A stretch of 63,527 bases of DNA, counting the filler, from Octopus bimaculoides (taxonomy: Eukaryota): NCBI RefSeq assembly GCF_001194135.2. It is 5 parts of 5 records of this genome, joined end to end, with 100 filler letters (N's around TTAATTAATTAA, not from the genome) between each part and the next. Parts side by side here need not be neighbours in the genome. Positions count along the whole stretch, not along the records: positions 18,481 to 39,612 come from NC_068983.1; positions 39,713 to 53,939 come from NC_068991.1; 3 more parts are not named here. One strand, given 5' to 3'. This document shows, piece after piece, positions 38,901-50,698 of the stretch. The translations under genes and the position numbers were made by a program. Position 1 is the stretch's first letter. Each line of letters begins with the position of its first letter. The notes below the pieces were generated by a model. That model was not told where the DNA came from and did no database searches. It saw nothing but the letters and a program-made list of their open reading frames with translations.

Positions 38901-39612
38901 TGTAAATTTATCTTTATTTACATGTAGTTCATTAGGATTCATATGCGATGACAAGGTCTTTAACAATTGAAGAACACTCGAAGATGACCAAAAGAAAGTT
39001 GAAGAAGGCAGAGAGAAAAGCTAACTGCTTGACTTACCAGCAATGTATTCAAAGACGGACTCAGTTATTTACTGAGTTGTTCGTGGGACTTGGAGGCCCA
39101 TGGTTGTCGGTGCCCGTAGAGATTGACTATAAAGAAGCTATCCTCGGTAAAAGTTCGTAGTCACTGTCGTATGTATGTATATATGTATGTATGTGTGTAT
39201 GTATGTATGCATGTATGCATGTATGCATGTATGTATGTGTGCATGCATACGTGCGTACGTATTGATGTATATTTATATAGTATGTATATTTGGATGTATT
39301 TATATATATTTATATGTATATGTGTCTGTGCATGTATGTGTATATACATGCATACATTCCATCTCGCTGGTCGTAGGGAGGGAGCCTTCTCTTTTGTCAG
39401 CCGTTAGAAAAGTGCACTCACGTTGTTTTGACCCCTATTTCTAGCAATGCTGATGCTTCGTAGGACCCTTCGTCACTTTAGTGATAACTGTACCTGTTGC
39501 CTATTGGTTCTAAATTTCGAACAGTCACCTTAATAATAATAATAATAATATATATAATAATGACAATTAAAAGACCCCCTAAAAACATACAATCAAATAA
39601 ATTTCTATTATC

Positions 39613-39712
39613 NNNNNNNNNNNNNNNNNNNNNNNNNNNNNNNNNNNNNNNNNNNNTTAATTAATTAANNNNNNNNNNNNNNNNNNNNNNNNNNNNNNNN
39701 NNNNNNNNNNNN
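39613..39712. other. artificial scaffold linker
   Basis: N44-TTAATTAATTAA-N44. Confidence 0.95.
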
Positions 39713-39920
39713 GCAATAAAGAAATAAGAAACGTTAGCATGCTGGGCGAAATGCTTAGCAGTATTTCGTCTGTCTTTATGTTCTGAGTTCAAATTCCGCC
39801 GAGGTCGACTTTGCCTTTTCGGGGTCAATAAATTAAGCACTATTGGCGTACTGTGGTCGATCTAAGCGACTGACTCCCTCCCTAAAAATTTCGGGCCTTG
39901 TGCCGAGAGTAGAAAAGAAT
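39713..39920 (+). mobile_element. SINE family B copy with fused upstream tail
   Basis: GCAATAAAGAAATAAG|AAACGTTAGCATGCTGGGCGAAATGCTTAGC... Confidence 0.85.
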
Positions 39921-40283
39921 AAGTACTTTGTGAAAGAGCCAGAAATGATATTCTAAAGGGAAAACTATTTTAACCTCAAAGACGAAAGAAACAAGAAACT
40001 TACAAAAGTACAATTCTGTTTGCCTACAGTATTCAAAGTTTTAACATTAACGTCAATAAAAAAAATTAAATATGATTATTTGTGTGGGGGAAAATAACAC
40101 CCGTTCAGACAAGCAGCGGGTATAACACAAGGGAATAAATATGTGAATATAAGCATACGATCTTGACATTAATTTCAATGAAAATAAATTATAAATTATC
40201 GATTGTACAAAACAGGAATAATACACATCTAGAATAACAGAAGGCATAGCATTGGGGCACAGGTCGATAAAAGCATACATATA

Positions 40284-40720
40284 GGCGCAGGCATGGCTGT
40301 GTGGTAAGAAGCTTGCTTCTCAACCAGATGATTCCGGGGTTATTCCAACTGCATGGCACCTTGGGCAAGTGTCTTCTACTGTAGCTTCAGGCCGGCCAAA
40401 GCCTCGTGCATGGATTTGGTAAACGGAAACTGAAAAATCCTGTTGTGTGTGTGAGTGTGTGTGTCTGTGTGTCTGTGCCTCTGTCTGTGTCTATGTGTGT
40501 CTCTGTGTGTGTCTTTGTGTCTCTCTTTGTCTCCCACCACCGATTGACAACCGGTGTTGGCTTGTTACTCCCAGTAACTTAGCGATTCGGCAAACAGTCC
40601 GATGGAATAAATAACAGGCTTTTAAAATATAAATACCGGAGTCGATTTGTTCGTGTGAAAATTCTTCAAGTCGGTGCCCCAGCATGGCTGCAATTTAATG
40701 ACTGAAACAATAAGAATAAA
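40284..40720 (+). mobile_element. SINE family A, full length
   Basis: GGCGCAGGCATGGCTGTGTGGTAAGAAGC...CCCCAGCATGGCTGCAATTTAATGACTGAAAC. Confidence 0.9.
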
Positions 40721-40961
40721 AGCATATACTATTGACTGACAAACTAGGATTAAAGAATTTAGATTGATAAAAGAAAGGATAAAAATGACAAGAAGACTTT
40801 TCACTGTTCCGCATTTTTCCAATCTGAAAAGAAAATTCACTGTCTTTGAAACAGTATTGCTGATAAGAACTTCATTTGAAAATGCCATTCGCAAATAGAA
40901 GTTGTAGAGAACAAAGAAAGGCGTTATAAAGGCCAAATCTATTCCTAGAAGTAAAAGGGGA

Positions 40962-41671
40962 TAGTGCAAGAATATCCACTTTCGCTTCGCTGCTTTAATG
41001 TCCAAAATGTGGTGCATTAAAACCAGCATGAGGATCCAAATATTGAATAATATAGTCATAGCTACACTAAGTCAGCGGAAAAAGATGAATAGTTATCATG
41101 GATCTTTGGTCATAGGTATGCTGGTTCTAGGCTGGCCTGGGGCTAAGCAACAACAGCAATTGAAGCAATAACCAGAATAAACGTAATGAATGTGAACATA
41201 CGTCACCTCTTGGGTGACAACCAGCCAGCTATCGTATGCATGAACTCAGGCGTGGTCGTCAGGTTGAGGAGCTTCTCTGGGTAATTTGATCCCACAACAC
41301 ATTCGGATTAAACAATATTTCGTGATTTGAATTTATTTGATGGACAATGTGAGGAAGCCTGCGGCAAGCACATGCGTATGCACGCACACGGATAAACAGA
41401 TTTATATAGTATAAATGCAATGAACGATAAAGAGTAACGACACAGGAAGAGAAAAGATTTTACAAATGAGATGCTAGCATTAAAGCCAGTAGTGCAAGAA
41501 CATCCACTTTCTCTTCGCTGATTTAATGTCCAAAATGTGGTGCATTAAAACCAACACGAGGATCCAAATATTGAATAATGTATTCATAGCTACACTAAGT
41601 CATCGAAAAAGTTCAATGGTCATCATGGATCTTTGGTGATAGGTATGCTCGATCTAAGCTGGCCTGAGGCT
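40962..41671 (+). repeat. two diverged direct repeats of about 183 bp (40962-41144, 41490-41671)
   Basis: TAGTGCAAGAA...GCTGGCCTG(G/A)GGCT, roughly 85-90% identical by eye. The first copy ends in an AAC-rich tail. Confidence 0.85.
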
Positions 41672-42038
41672 TTAGTAGAAAGACTAAATGCCATTTCGTT
41701 TTGGACGTTAGTCCTTTATCGGAAGAATGAAAGAGAGCATAGAGGGTGTGAGAAAGGGAATGAACGTTGAGGTAGGGGCAAAGGATAAAAAAAACAGGTG
41801 AAAATATTTATAGGGAGATATGTTAAGAAGGGAGAAAGAGAAGGGGGGAGTGCAAATGCAAGCATAAGAATGTATCCCTGTTTGATAGTGGGTAAGAGAA
41901 ACGAGTGTTGTGTGTTTTAATACGTAAGTACGTATGTATGTATGTATGTATGTATGTATGTATGTATGTATGTATGAAGAGGCTTACATGGCAAGTGTGG
42001 AAGTGTGACATTGGTTAATGGGGAGTGATGTCTGATTT

Positions 42039-42075
<37 letters not shown>

Positions 42076-43699
42076 CTGCATGTACTCGTCAGGTGAATAG
42101 TGTGAAAGCAGTTATATGTGAAGGTGAGAGCAAGTGTGAGTGTGAGAAAATTAAAGTATTGGTGAAGCAAATGAGATGGCAGGGGGTAATGGAGTATTGG
42201 GTGCACCTGTGTGTATGTGTGTGCTTATATGTTTATATGCATATGTGTATGTGTGTATGTATGTGCGCGTATGCATGAGTGTGTACGTATGTGTGTGCGA
42301 CCGTTACTGTTATTTCTACGCCTCTTCACTTAAAGTGTCTCTACGCATTCTGGAAAGTCTTGTATATTCTGTGCTTCTGGTTTAAGCGTCTTCCATTCGT
42401 ATTTTCCTCGTTTTCAGTGCAATAGCATCAGACAAGAGAGCGTAACTCTTCGTTGTCTACTGATACATAGACTTATTTTCATAAAAATGTTATTTTCAGA
42501 GACGCTAAAACAATTATCTAGTGTCTGATTGCTTCGCCATGACACTCTTCTATGTATTAAATCGTTACTTACTGGAATGTCTAACACACGACATGTGTAA
42601 CAAATTTAATTTTCATGGGTCATTAATATAAGTGATTTGTATACATATAAAGTCATCCCCATAGCTTGATTTACCTTCTTAAAACTGTCATTACATTAAG
42701 CTTCTAACGACTCATCGCTGACCATAAACGTTCATATTTAACTCGTCTGATATGTTTATTCAATTAAATATTTATTCTTTTCGCTTATTCGTTATTCATA
42801 ATTTTGGCTTTATTGCTGTTGAGCCCATATCTTTACCTATATCGACAAGCCTTTATATCACAATATATCAACAAGAAGTGCACTAAGTAGCGTTGAATGA
42901 AATATAACTGTGTACAATAATATTTAACATATTCGTGTACACTAGGGCATGGATGGACAGTTAATAAGACGCAGAAATTGTCTTGAGAGAAAACAATTAC
43001 CGAATAAACAATATAGGTGAAAAGCACGTCACTGGGCCATAAATTACGTCATCAGACTGCAGGGTACGTACGTTTCTGTGACACATACTGATGGACTGTA
43101 ATGACGTAGAAACGCTTGTGTTCTACGGTCCGCGAACGTCATTCATAGTATTTTTTTTTGTTTTTGTTTTTTGCACATATTGCCTATAAGACAATTTCTC
43201 TGTCCAGTGCACACAAACTTATTAAATATGATTGTACACCCCTATATCTCAATATTAGTATACTTTTATGCTCCTTGAATAAACAATCTCAGCAATTCAA
43301 ACTTGAAAATGCTTTCTATAAATCCATTCACTTCTTTCTTTTCCATTTCTGACTATTTTTGTCATGATGTACTTTTTTTTAGATCAACAAACACGACAGA
43401 GCACATCCCTACAATGCCCCGCTCCCATCTTAAAATTCAACTGAGAGTAAATAATTATGGTTCCTCGAAATTTACTTCTTGCTTGTTTTTCAGTAATTAC
43501 CGTCAAACCATACTAATGCATACTAATGTTGTGCCTTCAAAACAGTAGACATATATATGAAATCAAAGCTTTACAAAATCTAAAAAAGCCATTTTCGAAG
43601 TCTGTCTTAAGTGGATGTATGTTGTATAAAATGGCTGATCAAAAACATCTGACCATTACAGTCTTACACAGCTCTCATATCCACGTGCTACCTGTATTT

Positions 43700-45330
43700 A
43701 ATATTTTTCCTGGAATCCTAACTAATCCGAGGGCTTTTCGGTTTTATTTTTTAATTGCTCGATGGCATCTCCTTGGCAGAAGTTTTATGTAGTCTTTTCA
43801 GTTCTTCATGTGTTTCAGGAATTAACAGATAATTTCTCCTATTAAATCCCTGGTTCATGACTGCGTTAAAATGGCATTTTCCCTCTTTCTTGCACGATTA
43901 TATTAGATCTTATTAGTTCCCCAGCAATGCTATACACAAGTTGTCTTTTTGATCTCATTGCTTTGCCTGTAATATTATGTATTATTTCAAAAGCTTTTAT
44001 GATTCCTTTCCTGCCTGCTACATTGAGTAATTTCTCTACTTCATCAGTTTTCATTTCCAGAAGCCTTTTTAAAAATCTTTTCCTACATCTTTTCACCTCT
44101 CTATTGAGAGACTCCAATATTAACTATTTCAAATATAATGTCCATCTTATACTCTCTTCAAGTTTCAGAATTCTCTTTCGTTCCTTTTGTTGCTCAATAA
44201 CTTCCCATGTCTCATGCGAAATCCATTTTATCTTTCTTCAGCCCAGAACACCTTCGGTTACATATTGATATACTTCCTTTGCATTCTAACACGGGCCATT
44301 GATGTTCACATCTTCAACTATAGCAGCTTCAGGCACAACATATTGATTTCAACGCTCAATTACAAATTCACATTTACTTCTATCGTCTTTCAGCTTTGGT
44401 ATTCCCTCCTTCTCTTTGGCCATTACCATCAAATAGAATTGTCCCCATTACTAACTAATGTCACTCTTGATATGACATATCGGTATGTTCTAACATCTAA
44501 CAACAGTTTCTTACGTTGCCGATTTATCAAAATATGATTTAGTTGATTATATTTTCTTTTTTGCGGATATGTTCGAGTATATATACATGAATATCATTAG
44601 GAGAGTATTGTAGTTCGCTTGAAGCATTGTGTATTGTTTGTAAAGAATAAAAAATTTAGGAAGGTATAACAATGCAATATAGAACAAAAAATAGACTGTA
44701 TACCTGTTGTAACTTGGTAAACTGTAGTCCGATGATATTTCGGAATTAGAATTCCTTCTTCAGATCTTATTTGCTGGAGTCTCTGCTATAAACTGTTTTC
44801 ATTGTGTTTAAAGAGAGTACTTCCACTGACGATATCATTAGCTGCTCGTAAGCTTACGACATTTTCTATAGGATCTCCAAATCCTTCATGCATATCGTCG
44901 CTCTCATACCTCTGCTGCCACTGCCAACCGTTAAATTTACGTCACCAATTACAATGTTCGTACCTCTTGCTGGTATTCTATCAACTCCCTCCCGCATTGG
45001 TTGGTAGAAAGAATATTTCTCTACGTCGGTCGCATAACAGCCATTAAAAGTTCAAATTCTGCTAAAAGCATTCTGCCATGAGATAATTCCACTCACATAA
45101 TACTTTAAAAGCTTTGTATTCAAAAATTCTTTTGAAACCTTCCTGTTAAAAATTTAGTCGAACCCATCACAACCATATTGCTTTCTTTCCCAGAGATCAA
45201 AATGTTAGTACTTACTACAGTAAGAATTTCATCCTTTCCTGAAAGGCTAGTTTGAGTCAGGGCCAAAATATTAATATTCTATTGTTCCAATATTTATTTT
45301 GTTGTTTGCATTTCAAAACCAAGTTGATTC
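43700..45330 (-). mobile_element. RTE-clade LINE 5' part (APE endonuclease), decayed and interrupted at about 44560-44800
   Basis: ATDVEKYSFYQPMREGVDRIPARGTNIVIGDVN, LINRQRKKLLLDVRTYR and ESLNREVKR...KAFEIIHNITGK match RTE APE and linker motifs. Confidence 0.78.
44731..44766 (-). ncRNA. minimal type-I hammerhead ribozyme motif, canonical core
   Basis: GAT-CTGAAGA-A-GGAAT-TCTA-ATTCC-GAAA-TA-TC-ATC: stems I and II fully paired, palindromic stem III (AUAU), AUC cleavage triplet. Confidence 0.75.
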
Positions 45331-46276
45331 TTTGCATCCTTGACTGAATCACTACCACATTGGACAATGCTCACAGCTTTAGGCGGTGGAATGCTATTCA
45401 AAATTTGACCAGATGCTCATAATGAAGGAACTGTCTACTAATATTTTTACTAGTTTTATTGACGTCACCTCACTGCCAAATAATGCTTTCATATCCTGTA
45501 GAGCTAATCAACTGAGACCATTATTATGGGTACTAATCGAGGATACCATGTAAGAATATGAAGAAATCAGATAGGCGAAGTAAGCCTAGTTAATCCTTCT
45601 CTTAAAATGAGACCGACTGTCCGACTGTTTACCATTGGTAGGAGCCATCACTCTATCTAACCTCTTGTGTGTGTGTGTGTGTGTGTGTGTGTNNNNNNNN
45701 NNNNNNNNNNNNNNNNNNNNNNNNNNNNNNNNNNNNNNNNNNNNNNNNNNNNNNNNNNNNNNNNNNNNNNNNNNNNNNNNNNNNNNNNNNNNNNNNNNNN
45801 NNNNNNNNNNNNNNNNNNNNNNNNNNNNNNNNNNNNNNNNNNNNNNNNNNNNNNNNNNNNNNNAACCTGGCGCATGCGTTCTTAACTGTGTCATTGTGCA
45901 GATCTTCGAACACATCCTTAATCTTTGTCCCCAATTCGGCTTTCATGTTGCAAGCAGAGCTGTTGGTGTATTTCTCAACCGCGCCCCACGCTTAATAATC
46001 ACTGGGATTATATTCAGGAAAATTAACAAACTAGAAACTAGAGATGGTGAAGTGAAGTCATGAAAAATCTCCGACAAACACTTCTGAATCTCTCCGCAGG
46101 TATGGCAAGAAGCTGAATCTTGGTGCCGTGCATTTGGCCTTCCAGCCAGCAGCCCTCTCCAGCCAGCGGTTGGTCACAATCTCCAGCTGCTCCACATAGC
46201 CGTCTGGATTGACTAAAGCCTCGTTCAAAGATGAGGGATTGAAATCTGGCCTGTAGACGCAATCAGGACGCGTATT

Positions 46277-46385
46277 GGGCGAGCTGGCAGAATCGTTAAC
46301 ACGCCGGGCGAAATTCTTAGCGGTATTTCGTCTGCCGTTACGTTCTGAGTTCAAATTCCGCCGAGGTCGACTTTGCCTTTCATCC
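46277..46385 (+). mobile_element. SINE family B 5' half
   Basis: GGCGAGCTGGCAGAATCGTTAACACGCCGGGCGAAA...GAGTTCAAATTCCGCCGAGGTCGACTTTGCCTTTCATCC. Confidence 0.9.
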
Positions 46386-46639
46386 TGATTTATCTCCCTA
46401 TCATGTGACGTTTTACTTTGTATTGCATATCTTTAATAGATCGAGTAGACAAGTACTAAAGGTTTCAAAATGATAGACAAAAATTCTTCGAGACGGTGCC
46501 TCAGCATCACCCTAATCCAGTGTTCGAAATAACTAAAAGGAACCATAATAGATTATATCAATCTGTATCTTGAGATAATAAACTGGAGCCCTGCTGTCGA
46601 CTGAAATATGCGATGCACGGATTCTGTTGGGAAATTAGA

Positions 46640-47330
46640 ATGAAATTTGATCTACAAAAATGTACCGAGAGCATCTTAGAGGGAAGAAAACTGATAATAA
46701 ACAGTACTATCTGAAAAAAAGAATATAATAACAGAACTAGACCAAAAATGTACTGGAATATGCTATAGAAAATAATGAACTAGATTGAGTGCAACACGTG
46801 CGCGCGCAGATCTAAGAAGTAATATTACTGATGCACTAGAACAACACTTAAAACTGAATTATATGCTAAAAATAAGATGAAGTCTATCAATACATTAGTT
46901 GTTCCGATAATAATTGTTCCAATAATAGTTGTTCCAATAATAGGAAGTTAATTAAATTAGATAAACTAGATGAGAAAAGGATAAGAAAATAACGACGACA
47001 TCCATCTTCTGAAAAGCCGACAGATAACGATTATATTTGCTATATATAGACCCGAGAAGTGTCCTTCTTCTCGTACAGTTCGACAGCCATTGTAAAATAT
47101 CCACTGTAGGAGTACGAAAATATCTCCAAAAGAATAAAGAAGAAACGAATTGAAATATCCTGAAACCATGTATAAATCACAAAAAGGACAAACAAAAAAA
47201 TATATATAACTAAATAAAATTTACATCTTCAGGGAAGCCAGCAGACATAAATCAAGAATTTGATGTAAAGGATTGATGTGAAAAGGCTGGATAAATAATA
47301 AGAGAGTAGATTCAAAAGCGAAAAACCTAA
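46640..47330 (+). mobile_element. R4/Dong-like LINE RT C-terminal fragment
   Basis: YAKNKMKSINTLVVP...KLDKLDEKRIRK..HP..KADR*RLY resembles KNK..AIN..AVP...LD.K.RK...HHPKAD..RLY. Confidence 0.6.
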
Positions 47331-47639
47331 CTTTCAAACGGAACTGCAACACGCAACACTAAATCTTTGCAAACGAAAAACCCTGCGTGCTTTAGAAACA
47401 TTCATTAAAGATGTTCAACGCACACATATATGTGAATATACACATTTACACACACATATCTAGACATACAGACACACATATATATACATAAACACACACA
47501 CACACATATATAGACATACCCACACACATACATACATATACATGTGTATTTATATACTTACATATATGTATATATAACTATTTATATGCATACATATATA
47601 CACACATACACACAAACATACACACATGTATTTTTTCTT

Positions 47640-47849
47640 TTATTCTTTTATTTGTTTCAGTCATTTGAATGTGGCCATGCTGGAGCACCGCCTTCACTCG
47701 ACGAAATGGAGCCCAAGACTTACTCTTTGAAAGCCTAGTACTTATTCTATCGGTCTTTTTTACCGAACCGCTAAGTTACGGGATCGTAAACACATGGACA
47801 TCGGTTGTCAAGCGAAGTCGGGAGGACAAACAGACACACAAACATATAC

Positions 47850-47895
<46 letters not shown>

Positions 47896-48050
47896 GACAG
47901 GGTTCTTTCAGTTTCCGTCTACCAAATCCACTCACAAGCCTTTGGTCGGCCCGAGGTGATAGTAGAAGACATTTACCCAAAACCCCATGCAGTGGAACTA
48001 AACCCGGTAGCATGTGGTTGGGAAGCAAGCTTCTTACCACACAGTCACGC
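47640..48050 (-). mobile_element. SINE family A, full length
   Basis: Reverse complement is colinear with 6749-7156, with an internal (TA)n. Confidence 0.92.
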
Positions 48051-48053
48051 ATA

Positions 48054-48090
<37 letters not shown>

Positions 48091-48431
48091 TCGGCAACGG
48101 AGACCGGTAAAATAAGTACCAGTCTAAAAGGGAAAAATAAGTATTGGAATCAAGTCATTAGACTAAAAAACAAAATTGGAAGTGGTGCTCCAGCATGGCC
48201 GCAGTCTAATGACTGAAACAAGTAAAGATATGAGATAAAGATAAAAGATATGTTTGCATTTGTATGTATGTATGTATGTATGTATGTATGTATGTATGTA
48301 TGTGCGTATGTATGTATGCATCTATGTACGAATGCATGTATGAATATATAACATTCAATTCGAGCAGAGAGAATCGAGAAACGTAAAGCCGTGACTGAGT
48401 GGCTTATAATCACAGCACAAAGTCCCCTTAA

Positions 48432-48645
48432 CCCTTTAACATTCAGATTTTTTCTGACAAATATAATGCTTTGTCATTCATATTGTTTTGAATCAATCAT
48501 GCATTATCTTATAGCTTGGAGATTTCAATGATGTGACTGTGTATTTTTAGAGTGACTTTATGTTTGAGACGCCAAATCCGACCAGTTTGAATATAAAACA
48601 GGTAGAATATTTGGCCCAAATATGGCCGGTTTAAACATGAAAGGG
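48432..48645. mobile_element. piggyBac-type MITE (214 bp)
   Basis: TTAA|CCCTTT...AAAGGG|TTAA: TTAA target duplication and CCCTTT termini. Confidence 0.8.
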
Positions 48646-48649
48646 TTAA

Positions 48650-48960
48650 ACGCCGAAAATAGAGCTAACATGCGAACGAAAACAAACCGATAACAAATAT
48701 AACACTAAACTCTAGAGTACCTAATCTACGGTTGTAATATTCTCAATTGGACGTTAAGTGAATCAACAAGATTAGACAAGAAAGCAAAAATACAAGAAAA
48801 TTAATAGCTACCACTGGAGCACACCATCCCAAAATTTGACATAGAAAACTATATTTATTATGAATACGGAGAAATGGTTGCTTTATACAAGTTAATGTAC
48901 TTGAACAAAATATCAATTGTGGGAATTCTCAAAACAATTTGTTATTAACAGTAATGGTAA
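48650..48960 (+). mobile_element. second R4/Dong-like RT fragment
   Basis: YGCNILNWTLSESTRLDKK/TRKLIATTGAHHPK..E.LY. Confidence 0.65.
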
Positions 48961-49378
48961 AGAATTAAATAGAAGTGGAACCATATGGGATGACTCATTA
49001 TAGACTAATACATTTAGCAGAGAGAAACTGCGCGGAAACCGCTTGTCTGTGTATATATATATACATACATGCATGCATATATATATATATATATATATAT
49101 ATANNNNNNNNNNNNNNNNNNNNNNNNNNNNNNNNNNNNNNNNNNNNNNNNNNNNNNNNNNNNNNNNNNNNNNNNNNNNNNNNNNNNNNNNNNNNNNNNN
49201 NNNNNNNNNNNNNNNNNNNNNNNNNNNNNNNNNNNNNNNNNNNNNNNNNNNNNNNNNNNNNNNNNNNNNNNNNNNNNNNNNNNNNNNTATATGGTAAGTA
49301 CAATCAAGGGATCCAAGTGTAAGAATTAAGTCTCGATTATATATGCAGCTTTCCATTCTTTACACTATTGAGGATTTA

Positions 49379-49778
49379 TATGGCTGTGTGGTAAGTAGCT
49401 TGCTTACCAACCACATAGTTCCATGTTCAGTCCAACTGCGTGGCACTTTGGACAAGTGCCTTCTACTATAGCCTCGAGCCGACCAAAGCCTTGTGAATGG
49501 ATTTGGTAGACGGAAACTGAAAGAAGACCGTCGTATATATGTATATATATATATGTGTGTATGTTTGTGTGTCTGTGTTTGTCCCCCCACCAACATCGCT
49601 TGACAACCGGTGCTGGTGTGTTTATGTCCCCGTAACTTAGCAGTTCGGCAAAATAGACCGATAGAATAAGTACTAGACTTACAAAGAATAAGTCCTGGGG
49701 TCGATTTGCTCGTCTAAAGGTGGTCCTTCAGCATGGCCGCAGTCAAATGACTGAAACAAGTAAAAGAGTAAAAGAGAG
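49379..49778 (+). mobile_element. SINE family A, full length
   Basis: TGGCTGTGTGGTAAGTAGCTTGC...CAGCATGGCCGCAGTCAAATGACTGAAACAAGTAAAAGAG. Confidence 0.92.
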
Positions 49779-50373
49779 TACGTATTTATGTATGTATGTA
49801 TAACCAAAATACGTATTGAGAAAATCACATATTTAATTGTAGAATTCACGGTATAAAGGCGATAGCTGTTTCTATTTAGATGTAGCAAAATATCATTGAA
49901 ATTAATACTTCCGAAAATGCATGTTAACACAACGTTTTCAAGGTGATCCGAAATTATTTAAATTCAATGTGTTCGCTATATCTAAATATGTTCATATGAC
50001 AGAAACAATTGTCGGCTTTGTAAGGTGAATTCTACAATTAAAGATGTTATTTTTCTTTATACGTATTCTTGTTATCTAATACTCTGAAGTTCTGGAAATA
50101 CTTTCCAATGATATTTGGACCTATTTGTCATACATGAGGAATTAAGAGGAATTACCTAGAATGTGTATTCTACTTGCATTTACTGGTATCTGATTGTTGG
50201 ATATAGTTAAGCAGTGCTTTATTGATATCTGCCTGGATTTCTTAATCCCCTGTCTTTCTACTTACACACACATACACACACATATGTATTTATATATAAT
50301 AGAAGGAAAAGGCCTGAACGCCAAGTCGTACAAGACCAGAAAAATAGAGAGAGAGAAAAACAAATTCCACCGT

Positions 50374-50475
50374 TGATTCTTATAAATATTTTCATTAACA
50401 ACTTCTTGATCAATGAAGGATTGAGTCGTCAGATATTGATCAAGAAGTTGTTAATTAAAATATATATAAGAATCA
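50374..50475. repeat. 41-bp inverted repeat (39/41 matches), 20-nt loop
   Basis: TGATTCTTATAAATATTTTCATTAACAACTTCTTGATCAAT pairs with ATTGATCAAGAAGTTGTTAATTAAAATATATATAAGAATCA. Confidence 0.95.
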
Positions 50476-50612
50476 TTGCTGGAGTTGGTTTTTATACATA
50501 TGTTTTTCTGGTTTTGAATGGTCTGGCGTACGGGTAATTTCCTTCTGTTATATATATAAATATATATAGATATATATATATCAAAATAAGCAACAAGGAT
50601 ATCCAGAGGTAA

Positions 50613-50698
50613 TGCAGTACGATCGTTTCACGCAACTCCATTTAATTGAACAATGCAACCATTACATCAATTTAAGTGCGGAGCAATCCTCAGCTGCA
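50613..50698 (-). ncRNA. type-I hammerhead ribozyme motif with extended stem II
   Basis: TGCAG-CTGAGGA-[57-nt imperfect hairpin]-GAAA-CGATCG-TA-CTGCA: 5-bp stem I, palindromic stem III ACGAUCGU, GUA site. Confidence 0.7.

Noticed and set aside
23095-44060. Other CTGANGA words (e.g. near 23125, 26207, 27841, 43049, 44041)
   Set aside because: None has a paired stem II followed by GAAA and a UH site. They are expected by chance.
46889-46935. 15-bp triple repeat AGTTGTTCCAATAAT
   Set aside because: Ordinary slippage duplication inside a dead LINE fragment.
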